Assembly: GCA_035500455.1 (NCBI GenBank)
Contig: DATJXG010000089.1
Coordinates: 1 to 47,578 of the forward strand
DNA: 47,578 bases
DNA from: Terriglobales bacterium
GTDB taxonomy: Bacteria; Acidobacteriota; Terriglobia; Terriglobales; Acidobacteriaceae
Reading direction: 5' to 3'
The notes beneath the pieces were generated by a model. The model had not been told where the DNA came from. It searched no databases and saw only the letters and a list, made by a program, of their open reading frames with translations. The position numbers were made by a program, and so were the translations under genes. Below, in pieces: positions 34,182-42,526 of the stretch; the stretch's first letter is position 1; each line of letters begins with the position of its first letter.

Positions 34182-35528
34182 ATGGGACCTTCACAACGCG
34201 CGCTTCGCAACCTTCTGCTGTTCGTCCTGGCATTGGCCCAACTGGGCTGGACCCTTGACCGCCAGACTAATGCCGACTACCGTTCCCGCCGCGTGGCGTT
34301 AGCGGCGAAAACCGATGGCGCTGCCGTACTGCTCTTCGCCCCTCCCGAGGCCGAAGGCCCCAACGACTTCTACGGCTATCGCCCGGACAACAACTTCTTC
34401 TATCTCTCCGGCTGGTCGGAGCCGGGAGCGGCGCTGCTGATCGTTCCCGCCGGCCCCAGAGCTGACTCCACCCCTGGACCCTACACCGAAATCCTCTTTC
34501 TGCCCGCGCACAACACCGTGCAGGAAAAGTGGACCGGCCCGAAACTCGGCGCTGAAAATCCCGACGCCCCCAAGATCACCGGCTTTGATCAAGTCGAAGT
34601 GCTCGACAATTTGCGCAACGAACTGGTGCGGCTGCTGCCCAGCCAACAGGCCAAGATATACACCGACGTGCCCGCGCCGGATCAAGTCTCCAACTCCACC
34701 TCCGCGCTGGAGTGGCTGAGTCGCGCCAATGCCTTCGCCATCGTCTCGTACCTCGACGTGCGGCCTCTGCTTGCCACTCTCCGCACCTACAAGGACGCTG
34801 GCGAGATCGAACTCATCCGCAAGGCCACCAACGCTTCCATCGCCGCGCAATTCGCCGCCATTCACGCCATCAAGGCGGGCGTAACCGAGCGCGAAATCTC
34901 CGCCCTCCTGCAATACGAGTGGGGCAAGCGGGGATGCGAGCGCCCGGCCTATGCGCCGATCGTCGGCTCGGGTTACAACTCGACTGTATTGCACTACTCC
35001 GACGATTCAGGAACCATGCAGGCTGGAGATGTTGTCGTTATGGACGCCGCTGGAGAATACTCCCTCTACGCGTCAGATATCACCCGCACCATGCCGGTTT
35101 CCGGCAAGTTCACTGCCCGGCAGCGCGAAATCTACAACATCGTGCTGGGCGCGCAGCAGGCGGCCATGGCGGCCTTTCAGTCTGGTAAGTCCACCATGCG
35201 CCGCGGCGGCGAGCATTCCCTCTACCAGGTGGCCTACGACTACATCAACTCTCACGGCAAAGACCTGCACGGAGATTCCCTCGGCAAGTATTTCATCCAC
35301 GGCCTCGGCCACTACGTCGGCCTCAGCGTGCACGATGACGGCGACTACGATGTTCCTCTCGGGCCGGGAATGGTGTTCACCATCGAGCCCGGAATTTACA
35401 TTCCCGAGGAAAAGCTGGGCGTCCGCATCGAAGACATTTTTTATGTGGATACTGACGGAAAGCTGATCGACCTCACCGCCTCCCTGCCCCACACCGCCGA
35501 AGACATCGAACACGACATGGCGCATTAG
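34182..35528 (+). CDS. pepP: Xaa-Pro aminopeptidase (M24B, AMP_N plus M24 domains), secreted
   Basis: AMP_N motif YRPDNNFFYLSGWSEPGAALLI. Metal ligands in VVVMDAAGEY..SDITR, HGLGHYVGLSVHD, EPGIY and RIED. Signal-like N-terminus. Confidence 0.9.
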   Translation: MGPSQRALRNLLLFVLALAQLGWTLDRQTNADYRSRRVALAAKTDGAAVLLFAPPEAEGPNDFYGYRPDNNFFYLSGWSEPGAALLIVPAGPRADSTPGPYTEILFLPAHNTVQEKWTGPKLGAENPDAPKITGFDQVEVLDNLRNELVRLLPSQQAKIYTDVPAPDQVSNSTSALEWLSRANAFAIVSYLDVRPLLATLRTYKDAGEIELIRKATNASIAAQFAAIHAIKAGVTEREISALLQYEWGKRGCERPAYAPIVGSGYNSTVLHYSDDSGTMQAGDVVVMDAAGEYSLYASDITRTMPVSGKFTARQREIYNIVLGAQQAAMAAFQSGKSTMRRGGEHSLYQVAYDYINSHGKDLHGDSLGKYFIHGLGHYVGLSVHDDGDYDVPLGPGMVFTIEPGIYIPEEKLGVRIEDIFYVDTDGKLIDLTASLPHTAEDIEHDMAH

Positions 35529-35534
35529 TCTAGC

Positions 35535-35589
35535 GCCGGCGTCTCGCCGGCATTCCTCAGTTCCGCCGTAGCGCCGGCGTCCCGCCGGC
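35535..35589. repeat. tandem copies of a short GC hairpin (gccggcgtYYcgccggc)
   Basis: gccggcgtctcgccggc (35535-35551) and gccggcgtcccgccggc (35573-35589), each preceded by tagc. They lie immediately after the pepP stop. Confidence 0.5.
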
Positions 35590-35647
35590 ACCTCTCCACC
35601 TGCGCACTGCCGGCATTTCCCCATAGCATTTCGCGATAGGAATCGCC

Positions 35648-35798
35648 ACCCAAAATCCTAAATCGGCGAGTCCGCCAACACAGATTCCTCCGCGCCCTCG
35701 GCGGCGTTCCTCCGTGTTCTCAGCGCTTTAAGATTTCCCTTCACCCGGCACACCCCCAAATCCTAAATCGCCGAGCCCGCCGAGATCACGGGGAGAAC
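35648..35798. repeat. Family-B element cluster (copy B4, three arms)
   Basis: cccaaaatcctaaatcggcgag..., then attcctccgcgccctcggcggcgttcctccgtgttctcagcgctttaagatttcc, then cccaaatcctaaatcgccgagcccgccgag.... Confidence 0.8.
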
Positions 35799-36000
35799 AA
35801 TGTCTCTGCCGGGGTTCTGATATCCTATTCAATCGATGCGGATGATGTGGTGGTACATCATCCTTGCGTTGAGCGCAGGGGCGGTTTTGTGGGCGTGCGT
35901 CGCAGCCGTGCTGCGAGTGCGCGGCCACGTCAAGGATGCCGCCTCCAAGGATCACCCGGGAAAAGATTAGTCGCTACCGGCGATTGGGAGGCCGGCAAAG

Positions 36001-36579
36001 ATGCAGAAGACAGCTACCCAGGTCCTCACCCTCGAGTCGCGCAGTGCGGAGTGGGCGCGCAATGCAGCGCTGGTGGTCGGAGGCAGTCTGTTCGTCGCGC
36101 TCTGCGCCCGCATCACTATTCCCCTTCCCTTCACTCCCGTCCCCTTGACGCTGCAGAACTTCGGCGTTCTGGTGGTCGGGTTCACCCTGGGCAGCCGCCG
36201 CGGCTTCGCGGCTCTCCTGCTCTACCTGGCTGAGGGCGCGGTAGGCCTGCCGGTTTTCAATCCCAACGGCATGGGTGGAATTGCCCAGTTGTTCGGCGTC
36301 ACCGGCGGATATCTCCTGGCGTATCCCTTCGTCGCCGCCCTTGCAGGCTGGCTCTTCGAGCGCGGCAAGAAGAGTTTCGCGCGCGCCGCCATCGCCGGAG
36401 CGCTGGCCGAAGCGCTGCTTTTCGCCTCTGGCATCTCATGGCTCTGGATTTACACCCACTCGATGACCCAGGCTCTCCGTTTCGGACTCTTCGCATTCCT
36501 GTTCGCTGAAGTCCTCAAGATCGCCGCAGCCGCAGCCGTTGCCACCGGTTGGAAGCGCGGCCAGAATGCACCGGCATGA
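36001..36579 (+). CDS. bioY: biotin transporter BioY
   Basis: [35 protein letters not shown] and GGYLLAYPF are typical BioY motifs. SD gggagg lies upstream. Confidence 0.9.
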   Translation: MQKTATQVLTLESRSAEWARNAALVVGGSLFVALCARITIPLPFTPVPLTLQNFGVLVVGFTLGSRRGFAALLLYLAEGAVGLPVFNPNGMGGIAQLFGVTGGYLLAYPFVAALAGWLFERGKKSFARAAIAGALAEALLFASGISWLWIYTHSMTQALRFGLFAFLFAEVLKIAAAAAVATGWKRGQNAPA

Positions 36580-37484
36580 CCGCCAGCGGCACACTTCCGG
36601 GAGAATCTTCCGCACGATCCGGCCCTATGAGCAGTCCTTCGGCTCCGACTCGCGAAATCACCGTCGCCCACAGTCCCGACTCTGACGACGCTTTCATGTT
36701 TTACGGCCTGGCCACTAATAAAGTGCGCACTCCAGGCCTGCGCTTTACCCATACCCTTTGCGACATCGAAACCCTGAACCGCAAGGCTATGGACGGCGAA
36801 GGCACGTACGACGTCACCGCGATTTCCTTCCACGCCTATCCCTATATTCAGAACCATTATGCCCTGCTGCCCAGCGGCGGCAGCGTAGGCGAAGGCTACG
36901 GCCCCATGGTCGTCGCCAAGCGGGCGTTTTCCGAAGACCTCATTCAGCGCAAGCGCATCGCAATCCCCGGAACGCTGACCACGGCATATCTGGTGCTCAA
37001 TCTTTTCGCGCCCGGAGTTGAAACCGATGTTGTGCCCTTCGACCAGATCATCCCCGAGGTGCTGGAGGGCAAGCATGAAGCCGGACTCATCATCCACGAA
37101 GGCCAGCTCACCTACACTCGCTCCGGGTTGTACCGCATTCTGGATCTGGGCGCCTGGTGGCGGAAGACGACCGGGCTGCCGCTTCCATTGGGCGGCAATG
37201 CCATCCGTCGCAGCCTCGGCCCCGAGTTGATGTTGAAAGTGGGAGCCGCGCTGCGGGAGAGCATCCAGTACGCCCTCGACCATCGCGAAGAAGCCCTGAA
37301 TTATGCCATGCAGTTTGCCCGCGACCTCGACTCCCGCTCGGCCGACAAATTCGTCGGCATGTACGTAAACCAGCGCACCCTGGATTACGGCGCCGACGGC
37401 CGCGAAGCCGTCCGCCGACTGCTCGAAATGGGCCACCTGGCCGGAATCATCCCCCACGAAGCAAATGTAGAATTCGTAGGCTAG
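36576..37484 (+). CDS. mqnD: MqnA/MqnD-family protein, MqnD-like (1,4-dihydroxy-6-naphthoate synthase)
   Basis: [27 protein letters not shown] and [12 protein letters not shown] fit the VitK2_biosynth/MqnD pattern. The ATG at 36576 overlaps the bioY stop (ATGA). ORF-track 36549 is the alternative start. Confidence 0.75.
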   Translation: MTASGTLPGESSARSGPMSSPSAPTREITVAHSPDSDDAFMFYGLATNKVRTPGLRFTHTLCDIETLNRKAMDGEGTYDVTAISFHAYPYIQNHYALLPSGGSVGEGYGPMVVAKRAFSEDLIQRKRIAIPGTLTTAYLVLNLFAPGVETDVVPFDQIIPEVLEGKHEAGLIIHEGQLTYTRSGLYRILDLGAWWRKTTGLPLPLGGNAIRRSLGPELMLKVGAALRESIQYALDHREEALNYAMQFARDLDSRSADKFVGMYVNQRTLDYGADGREAVRRLLEMGHLAGIIPHEANVEFVG

Positions 37485-37485
37485 G

Positions 37486-37594
37486 TCTCCGCCTCCTCGG
37501 CGGCAGTTCTCCGCGATCTCAGCGTTTTAAGGTTTGAGCCGCCAAGTCGCTACGTGAGCAAAAGTTCACCACGAGAGCCGAGAGCCAAAATCCA
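37486..37594. repeat. Family-B element (copy B5)
   Basis: gtctccgcctcctcggcggcagttctccgcgatctcagcgttttaaggtttgag plus a partial opposing arm cacgagagccgagagccaaaatccaa. It starts 2 nt after the mqnD stop. Confidence 0.8.
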
Positions 37595-37634
37595 ACCCTT
37601 CCTTCAAATACGATAGCCCCTGTAAACTTCCTCC

Positions 37635-38120
37635 ATGTCCCAGCATTCTTCCAGCAGCCACGGCGCGCAAGCGATGCTCTTCAAATCTCAGCCTTCGGCC
37701 TCAACTCCGGCCTCCTACCTCATCGCTCACAGCGACGGCGGCGCCCGCGGCAACCCCGGCCCCGCCGGCTTCGGCGTATTTATCCAGGATGAATCCGGTC
37801 GCAAAGTCGCCGCTCTGAGCCAATACCTCGGCCACCAGACCAACAACTTCGCAGAATATCAGGGCCTGATCGCCGCCCTGGAATACGCGATCGAGCACGG
37901 CCACAAGGCGCTCAAGGTCATCAGCGATTCCGAATTGCTGGTTCGCCAGATCAAGGGCATCTACAAGGTGAAGAATGCAGCGCTCAAGGATCTGCACGCC
38001 CGTGCCCAGGAACTGATCGCGAAAATGGAATGGTTTCGCATCGACCACGCCATGCGCGAACACAACCGCGAAGCCGACCGCCTGGCCAATGAAGCCATGG
38101 ACAAGGGAACTCGCCGCTAG
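37635..38120 (+). CDS. rnhA: ribonuclease HI
   Basis: DGGARGNPGPAG, NNFAEYQGLIAAL, SDSELLV and NREADRLAN contain the DEDD catalytic residues. Confidence 0.9.
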   Translation: MSQHSSSSHGAQAMLFKSQPSASTPASYLIAHSDGGARGNPGPAGFGVFIQDESGRKVAALSQYLGHQTNNFAEYQGLIAALEYAIEHGHKALKVISDSELLVRQIKGIYKVKNAALKDLHARAQELIAKMEWFRIDHAMREHNREADRLANEAMDKGTRR

Positions 38121-38133
38121 AGGCCTGGGCTTT

Positions 38134-39609
38134 TCAGAATTCCAGGTGGAAGCGCACGCTGCCCACCAGCACCGGCCCGCGGTCGCGGTTGTAGCCGGGA
38201 TTGTTGATGTGCTGCAGGTCGAAACCGGAAAAAATTCCCCGCCACACGTGCGCGTTGTAGTAGCTCTCGACGATAGTCTCGCGCCCGTAGTTGAGTGCTC
38301 CGTCGCCCAACAGGAAGCCCAGTCCGCCCAGGGCGAGGTAGTGCTGATGGTCTGCCGAGATTCCATTGGAGACAAGCGTGGTTCCTACGCGGTCCAGCTT
38401 GCGCCGCCAGCGGTCGCCCGCGACGTCAGCGCCCAGTTCGGCAGTCTCATCGACTTCGGTGTAAGCGTACGATTCGTGCTGGCCTTCGTTCCATCCCCAG
38501 CGCGCAAAACCTCGCAGATGATGCATTAATTCCTGCGTCACGTTGACTCCGAAGCCGTACTTCATGGTGACCTGCAAGGGATGCGCGGTGATATCAGGGC
38601 GCGCCGTTTTCCCTGCCAGAAAGTCATCCACCGCTTGTCGGTAAATCCCCATGTTGGCATGGTTCACGAATGAGAGCAGGCGAATCGTCGTAGCGTAATT
38701 TCCCACCCGCGGACGCAGCTCCAGTTCATAGTTCTCCGACCGCGCCCGCCGCAGGTTCCATTGCAGATCGATGCCGTTCGCCACCTTGGGCATGAGCGCT
38801 TCGCCGAAGCGGAAGCTCCAGTTGCGATCGTCATATTCCAGGACGGCTCCCACAGTGTAGCCGCGAGTGTCGGCGGCGTAGTCGTAGGCGCCGTTGTTGT
38901 CCACCGTCCAGTTCATGAACTGGAAGTGGCTGTCGCTGCCCACGCTGTTCTGGTCGAAAAAATCGGCCACGCCAAACTTGCCGAAGCGCAGCTCCAAACG
39001 CCTCTCCGGCACCGAAGTCGCCAGCGCGAACGGGCCGCGCTCCGCCTCCACCATTTTCTTGCTCAGCGGAATGATCTGCCGCAGCATCGCCCGCGCCAGG
39101 TACGGCGCCGGGCCCAACTCCGGGTTGCGGACGACATCGATATTGGTGAAACCGGCCAGCCCCAGCGCGTCGCTGATCCCGCCGCCGTCAGCCGTTTCGG
39201 CATCCCCGAAGATCTCGGTGATGCGGGTGAGCGCGAAACCGGTGTAGATCGTGGCCACATTGGAAGTAGCGTCTTCTGCGTTGGAGCGAAGGCTGTGCGG
39301 CCCCGAGTAGGCAGCGTCAAACGACGGACGCCATTGGAAAATAATATTGCTCTGCCCCGAGACCCAATAGCGCGAAGTCTCGGAGTGCGGGAACATGGTC
39401 GCCGAAGGGTCGTCTGCGGGAGCATCGGTGCCCTGCTGAGCTGCAGCTTGTCCCCAGGAAACGGGCGCCATAAGCAGAAGGCACGCCGCCAGCCATACCC
39501 AGGAGATCCCCAGCCATCTATTGCCGTCTTTGTCTCTCGAAAATATGACCACGGTATGATGACTATGATCCTTGGAGCTTCCCGATGAAGAAAATGGCAG
39601 CTGGTTCAT
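38134..39609 (-). CDS. OprB-family carbohydrate-selective outer-membrane porin
   Basis: The C-terminus ends ...NNPGYNRDRGPVLVGSVRFHLEF with a terminal Phe, there is alternating beta-strand hydrophobicity, and a signal region ends WGQAAAQ. A GTG at 39552 is an alternative start that avoids overlap with the phd gene. Confidence 0.82.
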   Translation of the reverse strand: MNQLPFSSSGSSKDHSHHTVVIFSRDKDGNRWLGISWVWLAACLLLMAPVSWGQAAAQQGTDAPADDPSATMFPHSETSRYWVSGQSNIIFQWRPSFDAAYSGPHSLRSNAEDATSNVATIYTGFALTRITEIFGDAETADGGGISDALGLAGFTNIDVVRNPELGPAPYLARAMLRQIIPLSKKMVEAERGPFALATSVPERRLELRFGKFGVADFFDQNSVGSDSHFQFMNWTVDNNGAYDYAADTRGYTVGAVLEYDDRNWSFRFGEALMPKVANGIDLQWNLRRARSENYELELRPRVGNYATTIRLLSFVNHANMGIYRQAVDDFLAGKTARPDITAHPLQVTMKYGFGVNVTQELMHHLRGFARWGWNEGQHESYAYTEVDETAELGADVAGDRWRRKLDRVGTTLVSNGISADHQHYLALGGLGFLLGDGALNYGRETIVESYYNAHVWRGIFSGFDLQHINNPGYNRDRGPVLVGSVRFHLEF

Positions 39610-39770
39610 TCAAGGCTCGTTGCCTCGCCGTCATGGATGAAGTCCAGGTTCGGCGCGAAACTGTATTGATCACGAAACATGGCAAGCCCGTGACGAAACT
39701 CATGCCATCGCCAGATTATTCAGGAATCACATTAATTTCCGGTGAATTTCCCGAGGCGGTAGTGTCCTGA
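39585..39770 (+). CDS. Phd/YefM-type (VapB-like) antitoxin, orphan
   Basis: AGSFKARCLAVMDEVQVRRETVLITKHGKPVTKLMP matches the prevent-host-death antitoxin N-terminal fold pattern. All three + frames downstream are closed, so there is no toxin ORF. Confidence 0.65.
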   Translation: MKKMAAGSFKARCLAVMDEVQVRRETVLITKHGKPVTKLMPSPDYSGITLISGEFPEAVVS

Positions 39771-39858
39771 GTTCAGTTTCTCCAGCACAGAGTCATAGAG
39801 CCGCTAAGAAATCCAATCGCTTAAGTAAGCCACTTTACTTTCAGTTCTTGCAGGTCCA

Positions 39859-39913
39859 GATTCTCTGTGGCTCTCTGGCTCTGTCGCTCTGTGACTCTGC
39901 GTTGAAAAAAGGC
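39859..39913. repeat. divergent family-B-like element (copy B8)
   Basis: attctctgtggctctctggctctgtcgctctgtgactctgcgttgaaaaaagg shares the ttctct...gcgtt..aagg frame of family B, but the interior differs. Confidence 0.4.
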
Positions 39914-39972
39914 AGATTAGGACACTACCGCCCGAGGCCGGAGACGGCTTTCTTCCCCACACCCCCTGTACA

Positions 39973-40686
39973 ATGCGCCCTATGCCCCGACGCCTGCGAA
40001 CCCTTCCTCTTCTTGCCACTCTGTTGACTGTGTTCTCACTTGCGCAGTCCGCGCCAGAAGTTGAGATCACCGCGGAACCATCTCACCATCTTCTGCTGCA
40101 GAACCGTTATGTGCGCGCCTTCTACGTGGAAGTGCCCTCGGGCGCGGCTACGCTCGTCCATCGCCATCGCCACGACTACATTTATGTCATGCTGGGCCCG
40201 GCCGAAGTGACCAATGAGGCCGTAGGCAAGCCCCCCGCCCGCATGCAACTGCATGACGGCGACACAGGCTTCTTTCCGGGCAACTTCGCCCACCGTTTGC
40301 AGGAAAGCGGCCCTACCCCGTTCCGTAATGTGACAGTGGAGCTAATGCAGGATGAACTCGCCCGCAAGTCGCCGCCCAGGAAGTGGGACGAAGAACGCGG
40401 CTTGCAGATTCTGGAGGGCGGCACGCAGGACATTCTGTTCGTGAAGGATGGAGTGCGCGCCTCCGAATTTGACTTGCAGCCCGGCGGAATGCTGCCCGCC
40501 GCCAGGAATGCAGCCCCACGCCTGCTGATTGCAGTGAGTGACGTGGACTTGCGCAGCCACGGCGCAGGCAAGATCCCAAAAGTTCTGAAGCCGGGCGAGG
40601 TAGTTTGGCTGTCCGGTGGCTCTGTGCCGATGCTGATGAACATGGGCAAGACTCAAGCCAGGTTCATCACCCTCGAATTCCACTGA
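39973..40686 (+). CDS. secreted cupin-fold protein (function unknown)
   Basis: Signal peptide LRTLPLLATLLTVFSLAQS. The VHRHRHDYIYVML...GDTGFFPGNFAHRL arrangement is cupin-like, with a second beta-rich half. Confidence 0.55.
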   Translation: MRPMPRRLRTLPLLATLLTVFSLAQSAPEVEITAEPSHHLLLQNRYVRAFYVEVPSGAATLVHRHRHDYIYVMLGPAEVTNEAVGKPPARMQLHDGDTGFFPGNFAHRLQESGPTPFRNVTVELMQDELARKSPPRKWDEERGLQILEGGTQDILFVKDGVRASEFDLQPGGMLPAARNAAPRLLIAVSDVDLRSHGAGKIPKVLKPGEVVWLSGGSVPMLMNMGKTQARFITLEFH

Positions 40687-40689
40687 AGC

Positions 40690-40745
40690 TTTCTCTCCGC
40701 GCCCTCAGCGGCAGTTCTCAGCGAACTCGGCGATTTAAGGTTTTC
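40690..40745. repeat. Family-B element, single arm (copy B6)
   Basis: tttctctccgcgccctcagcggcagttctcagcgaactcggcgatttaaggttttc lies between the convergent stops at 40686 and 40754. Confidence 0.8.
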
Positions 40746-40753
40746 TGCCGCCC

Positions 40754-41185
40754 TCAGCTCAACTCAATCGTCTCATCGCTAAACTGCTTATCGTTCTCAT
40801 CCACGCCGCTCAACGCAAACGAATTGGTGACCGCCGCCTTGCCCTTCTCCACGCTGGTGATCACGTAAGAGCAGCCGAACCAGTGAGCTTCCGCAAAATC
40901 GGTAGCCGACCACCGCGCTGGATGATCCGGGTGCGAATGATAAAACCCAACGATGTCTTCGCCCCGCTCCCGCCCCTCACGCTGAATGCGGATCAACTCC
41001 CGCGGATCGATGTTGTAGCGATTGTGCGCCGAATCGGTGCGCGTATTCCCCGCCCGAGCAATCGAGCGAACCGTGCGCACGTCTCCATCCATCTCTCCAA
41101 GCAGAACGCCGCAGCATTCATGCGGATAGGTCTCCTCGCCGTGACGGCGGAGAGAGTCGTAGGTGGCGCGGGAGAGTTTCAGCAT
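40754..41185 (-). CDS. JAMM/MPN+ metalloprotease (Mov34, Mec-like)
   Basis: PHECCGVLLG and the GFYHSHPDHPARWSATD JAMM motif (HxHx7Sx2D). I trimmed the start from ORF-track 41311 to the ATG at 41185, because the upstream codons read through palindrome C. Confidence 0.85.
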   Translation of the reverse strand: MLKLSRATYDSLRRHGEETYPHECCGVLLGEMDGDVRTVRSIARAGNTRTDSAHNRYNIDPRELIRIQREGRERGEDIVGFYHSHPDHPARWSATDFAEAHWFGCSYVITSVEKGKAAVTNSFALSGVDENDKQFSDETIELS

Positions 41186-41321
41186 TGTTGATTGATGATT
41201 GCTGATTGATTGCCAATTGCCGATTGCCAATTGTCGATTGAAAAGCGCGCCGGTTTCCAAATCGGGAATCGCCAATTGGCAATCGTCAATCAAGAAATCA
41301 GCAATCAACAATCATCAATCG
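41186..41321. repeat. Family-C palindrome built from (c/g)aattg and gattg units
   Basis: tgttgattgatgattgctgattgattgccaattgccgattgccaattgtcgattg (41186-41240) faces gaatcgccaattggcaatcgtcaatcaagaaatcagcaatcaacaatcatcaatcg (41267-41321). Confidence 0.85.
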
Positions 41322-41329
41322 CCAGTCCC

Positions 41330-42340
41330 CTACTCCTCCGTCCAGAACCGCTCGCTCAAATATTTGTCTCCCGAATCCGGCATGATCGCCACGAACACCG
41401 CCTGCTCGCCTTTCTTCAGCCGGCTCGCGACCTGCATACAACCGGCCACGGCCGCTCCCGCCGATATGCCCACCAGCAGCCCTTCTTCCTGGGCCAGGCG
41501 CCGCGCCACGGCGTAGGCGTCTTCGGTCGCGATCCCGATCTCTTCGTCGGCCAGCGTGGCGTCATAAATCTTCGGCACAATCGCCGAGGCCATGTGCTTG
41601 GCGCCTTCGATCCCGTGAAACGGAGAATCGGGCTGCAGAGAGATGCAGCGAATCTTCGGATTTAACTCCTTCAACCGCCGCGTCGTGCCCACGAACGTCC
41701 CGCTCGTGCCCAGCATGGCCACGAAATGAGTCACGCGCCCGCGGCTCTGTTGCCAGATTTCCTCCGCTGTGCCATGGTAATGAGCTTGCCAGTTGGCGGG
41801 ATTGGAATACTGGTCGGCGTAGAAGTAGTGCTCGGGATGTTCAGCGTAGAGCCGCCGCGCCTCGCGAATGGCGCCGTCGGAGCCGTCGCCGGGATCGGTA
41901 TAAACAATTTTGGCTCCGTACGCGTGCAGGATGCGCTTGCGCTCGGTCGAAACATTTTCCGGCATGCACAGCGTAACCGGAAAACCTTCGGCGGCTCCGA
42001 TCATCGCGTAAGCAATGCCGGTGTTGCCGCTGGTGGAGTCCAGCAGTGAAACCCCCGGCCGTAGCTTGCCGCCGGCGCGCGCTTCTGCCACAATGCGCGA
42101 CGCTGCCCGGTCTTTTACCGATCCGCCCGGGTTGTACCATTCAGCCTTGGCAAGAATTTCCACGCCCGGCAGGTCGCGCGCGACGCGCTCCAGTCGCAGC
42201 AAGGGAGTATTGCCGATCAGTTCCAGGCTGCGTTTGCCTAAAGCTGCGGGGTGATTCCCAACTTGGCGCGGGCTCTCTCCATCGGCCGCATCTTGCGGAG
42301 AAGGCTGGACTTCCGCGAGTTTTCGTGACACAGGGCGCAT
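41330..42340 (-). CDS. PLP-dependent cysteine synthase family protein (CysM/CysK-type)
   Basis: GNTPLLRL, NPGGSVKDRAA (PLP lysine), STSGNTGIA and GTSGTF. I prefer the ATG at 42340; the TTG at 42379 is the alternative. Confidence 0.9.
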   Translation of the reverse strand: MRPVSRKLAEVQPSPQDAADGESPRQVGNHPAALGKRSLELIGNTPLLRLERVARDLPGVEILAKAEWYNPGGSVKDRAASRIVAEARAGGKLRPGVSLLDSTSGNTGIAYAMIGAAEGFPVTLCMPENVSTERKRILHAYGAKIVYTDPGDGSDGAIREARRLYAEHPEHYFYADQYSNPANWQAHYHGTAEEIWQQSRGRVTHFVAMLGTSGTFVGTTRRLKELNPKIRCISLQPDSPFHGIEGAKHMASAIVPKIYDATLADEEIGIATEDAYAVARRLAQEEGLLVGISAGAAVAGCMQVASRLKKGEQAVFVAIMPDSGDKYLSERFWTEE

Positions 42341-42526
42341 GCTTTCACGGGCTCGGCCGGTACTATCGTAACGTCGCAAGCGGTCAAAACTTCGCGTCAG
42401 GAACTTTTCGTTAGATTATAAAGGAGCCTTGCCGGATTCCCGGCAAAAGGCAAAAAGCATCTTTGCGGCTAAACCGCATCTAATAGGACGAACGCAATAG
42501 ATCGCCAAGGAGCGGAATACAAGCGA

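Noticed and set aside
36450-37457. 335-aa ORF on the - strand
   Set aside because: It is antisense to the mqnD-like gene and the end of bioY.
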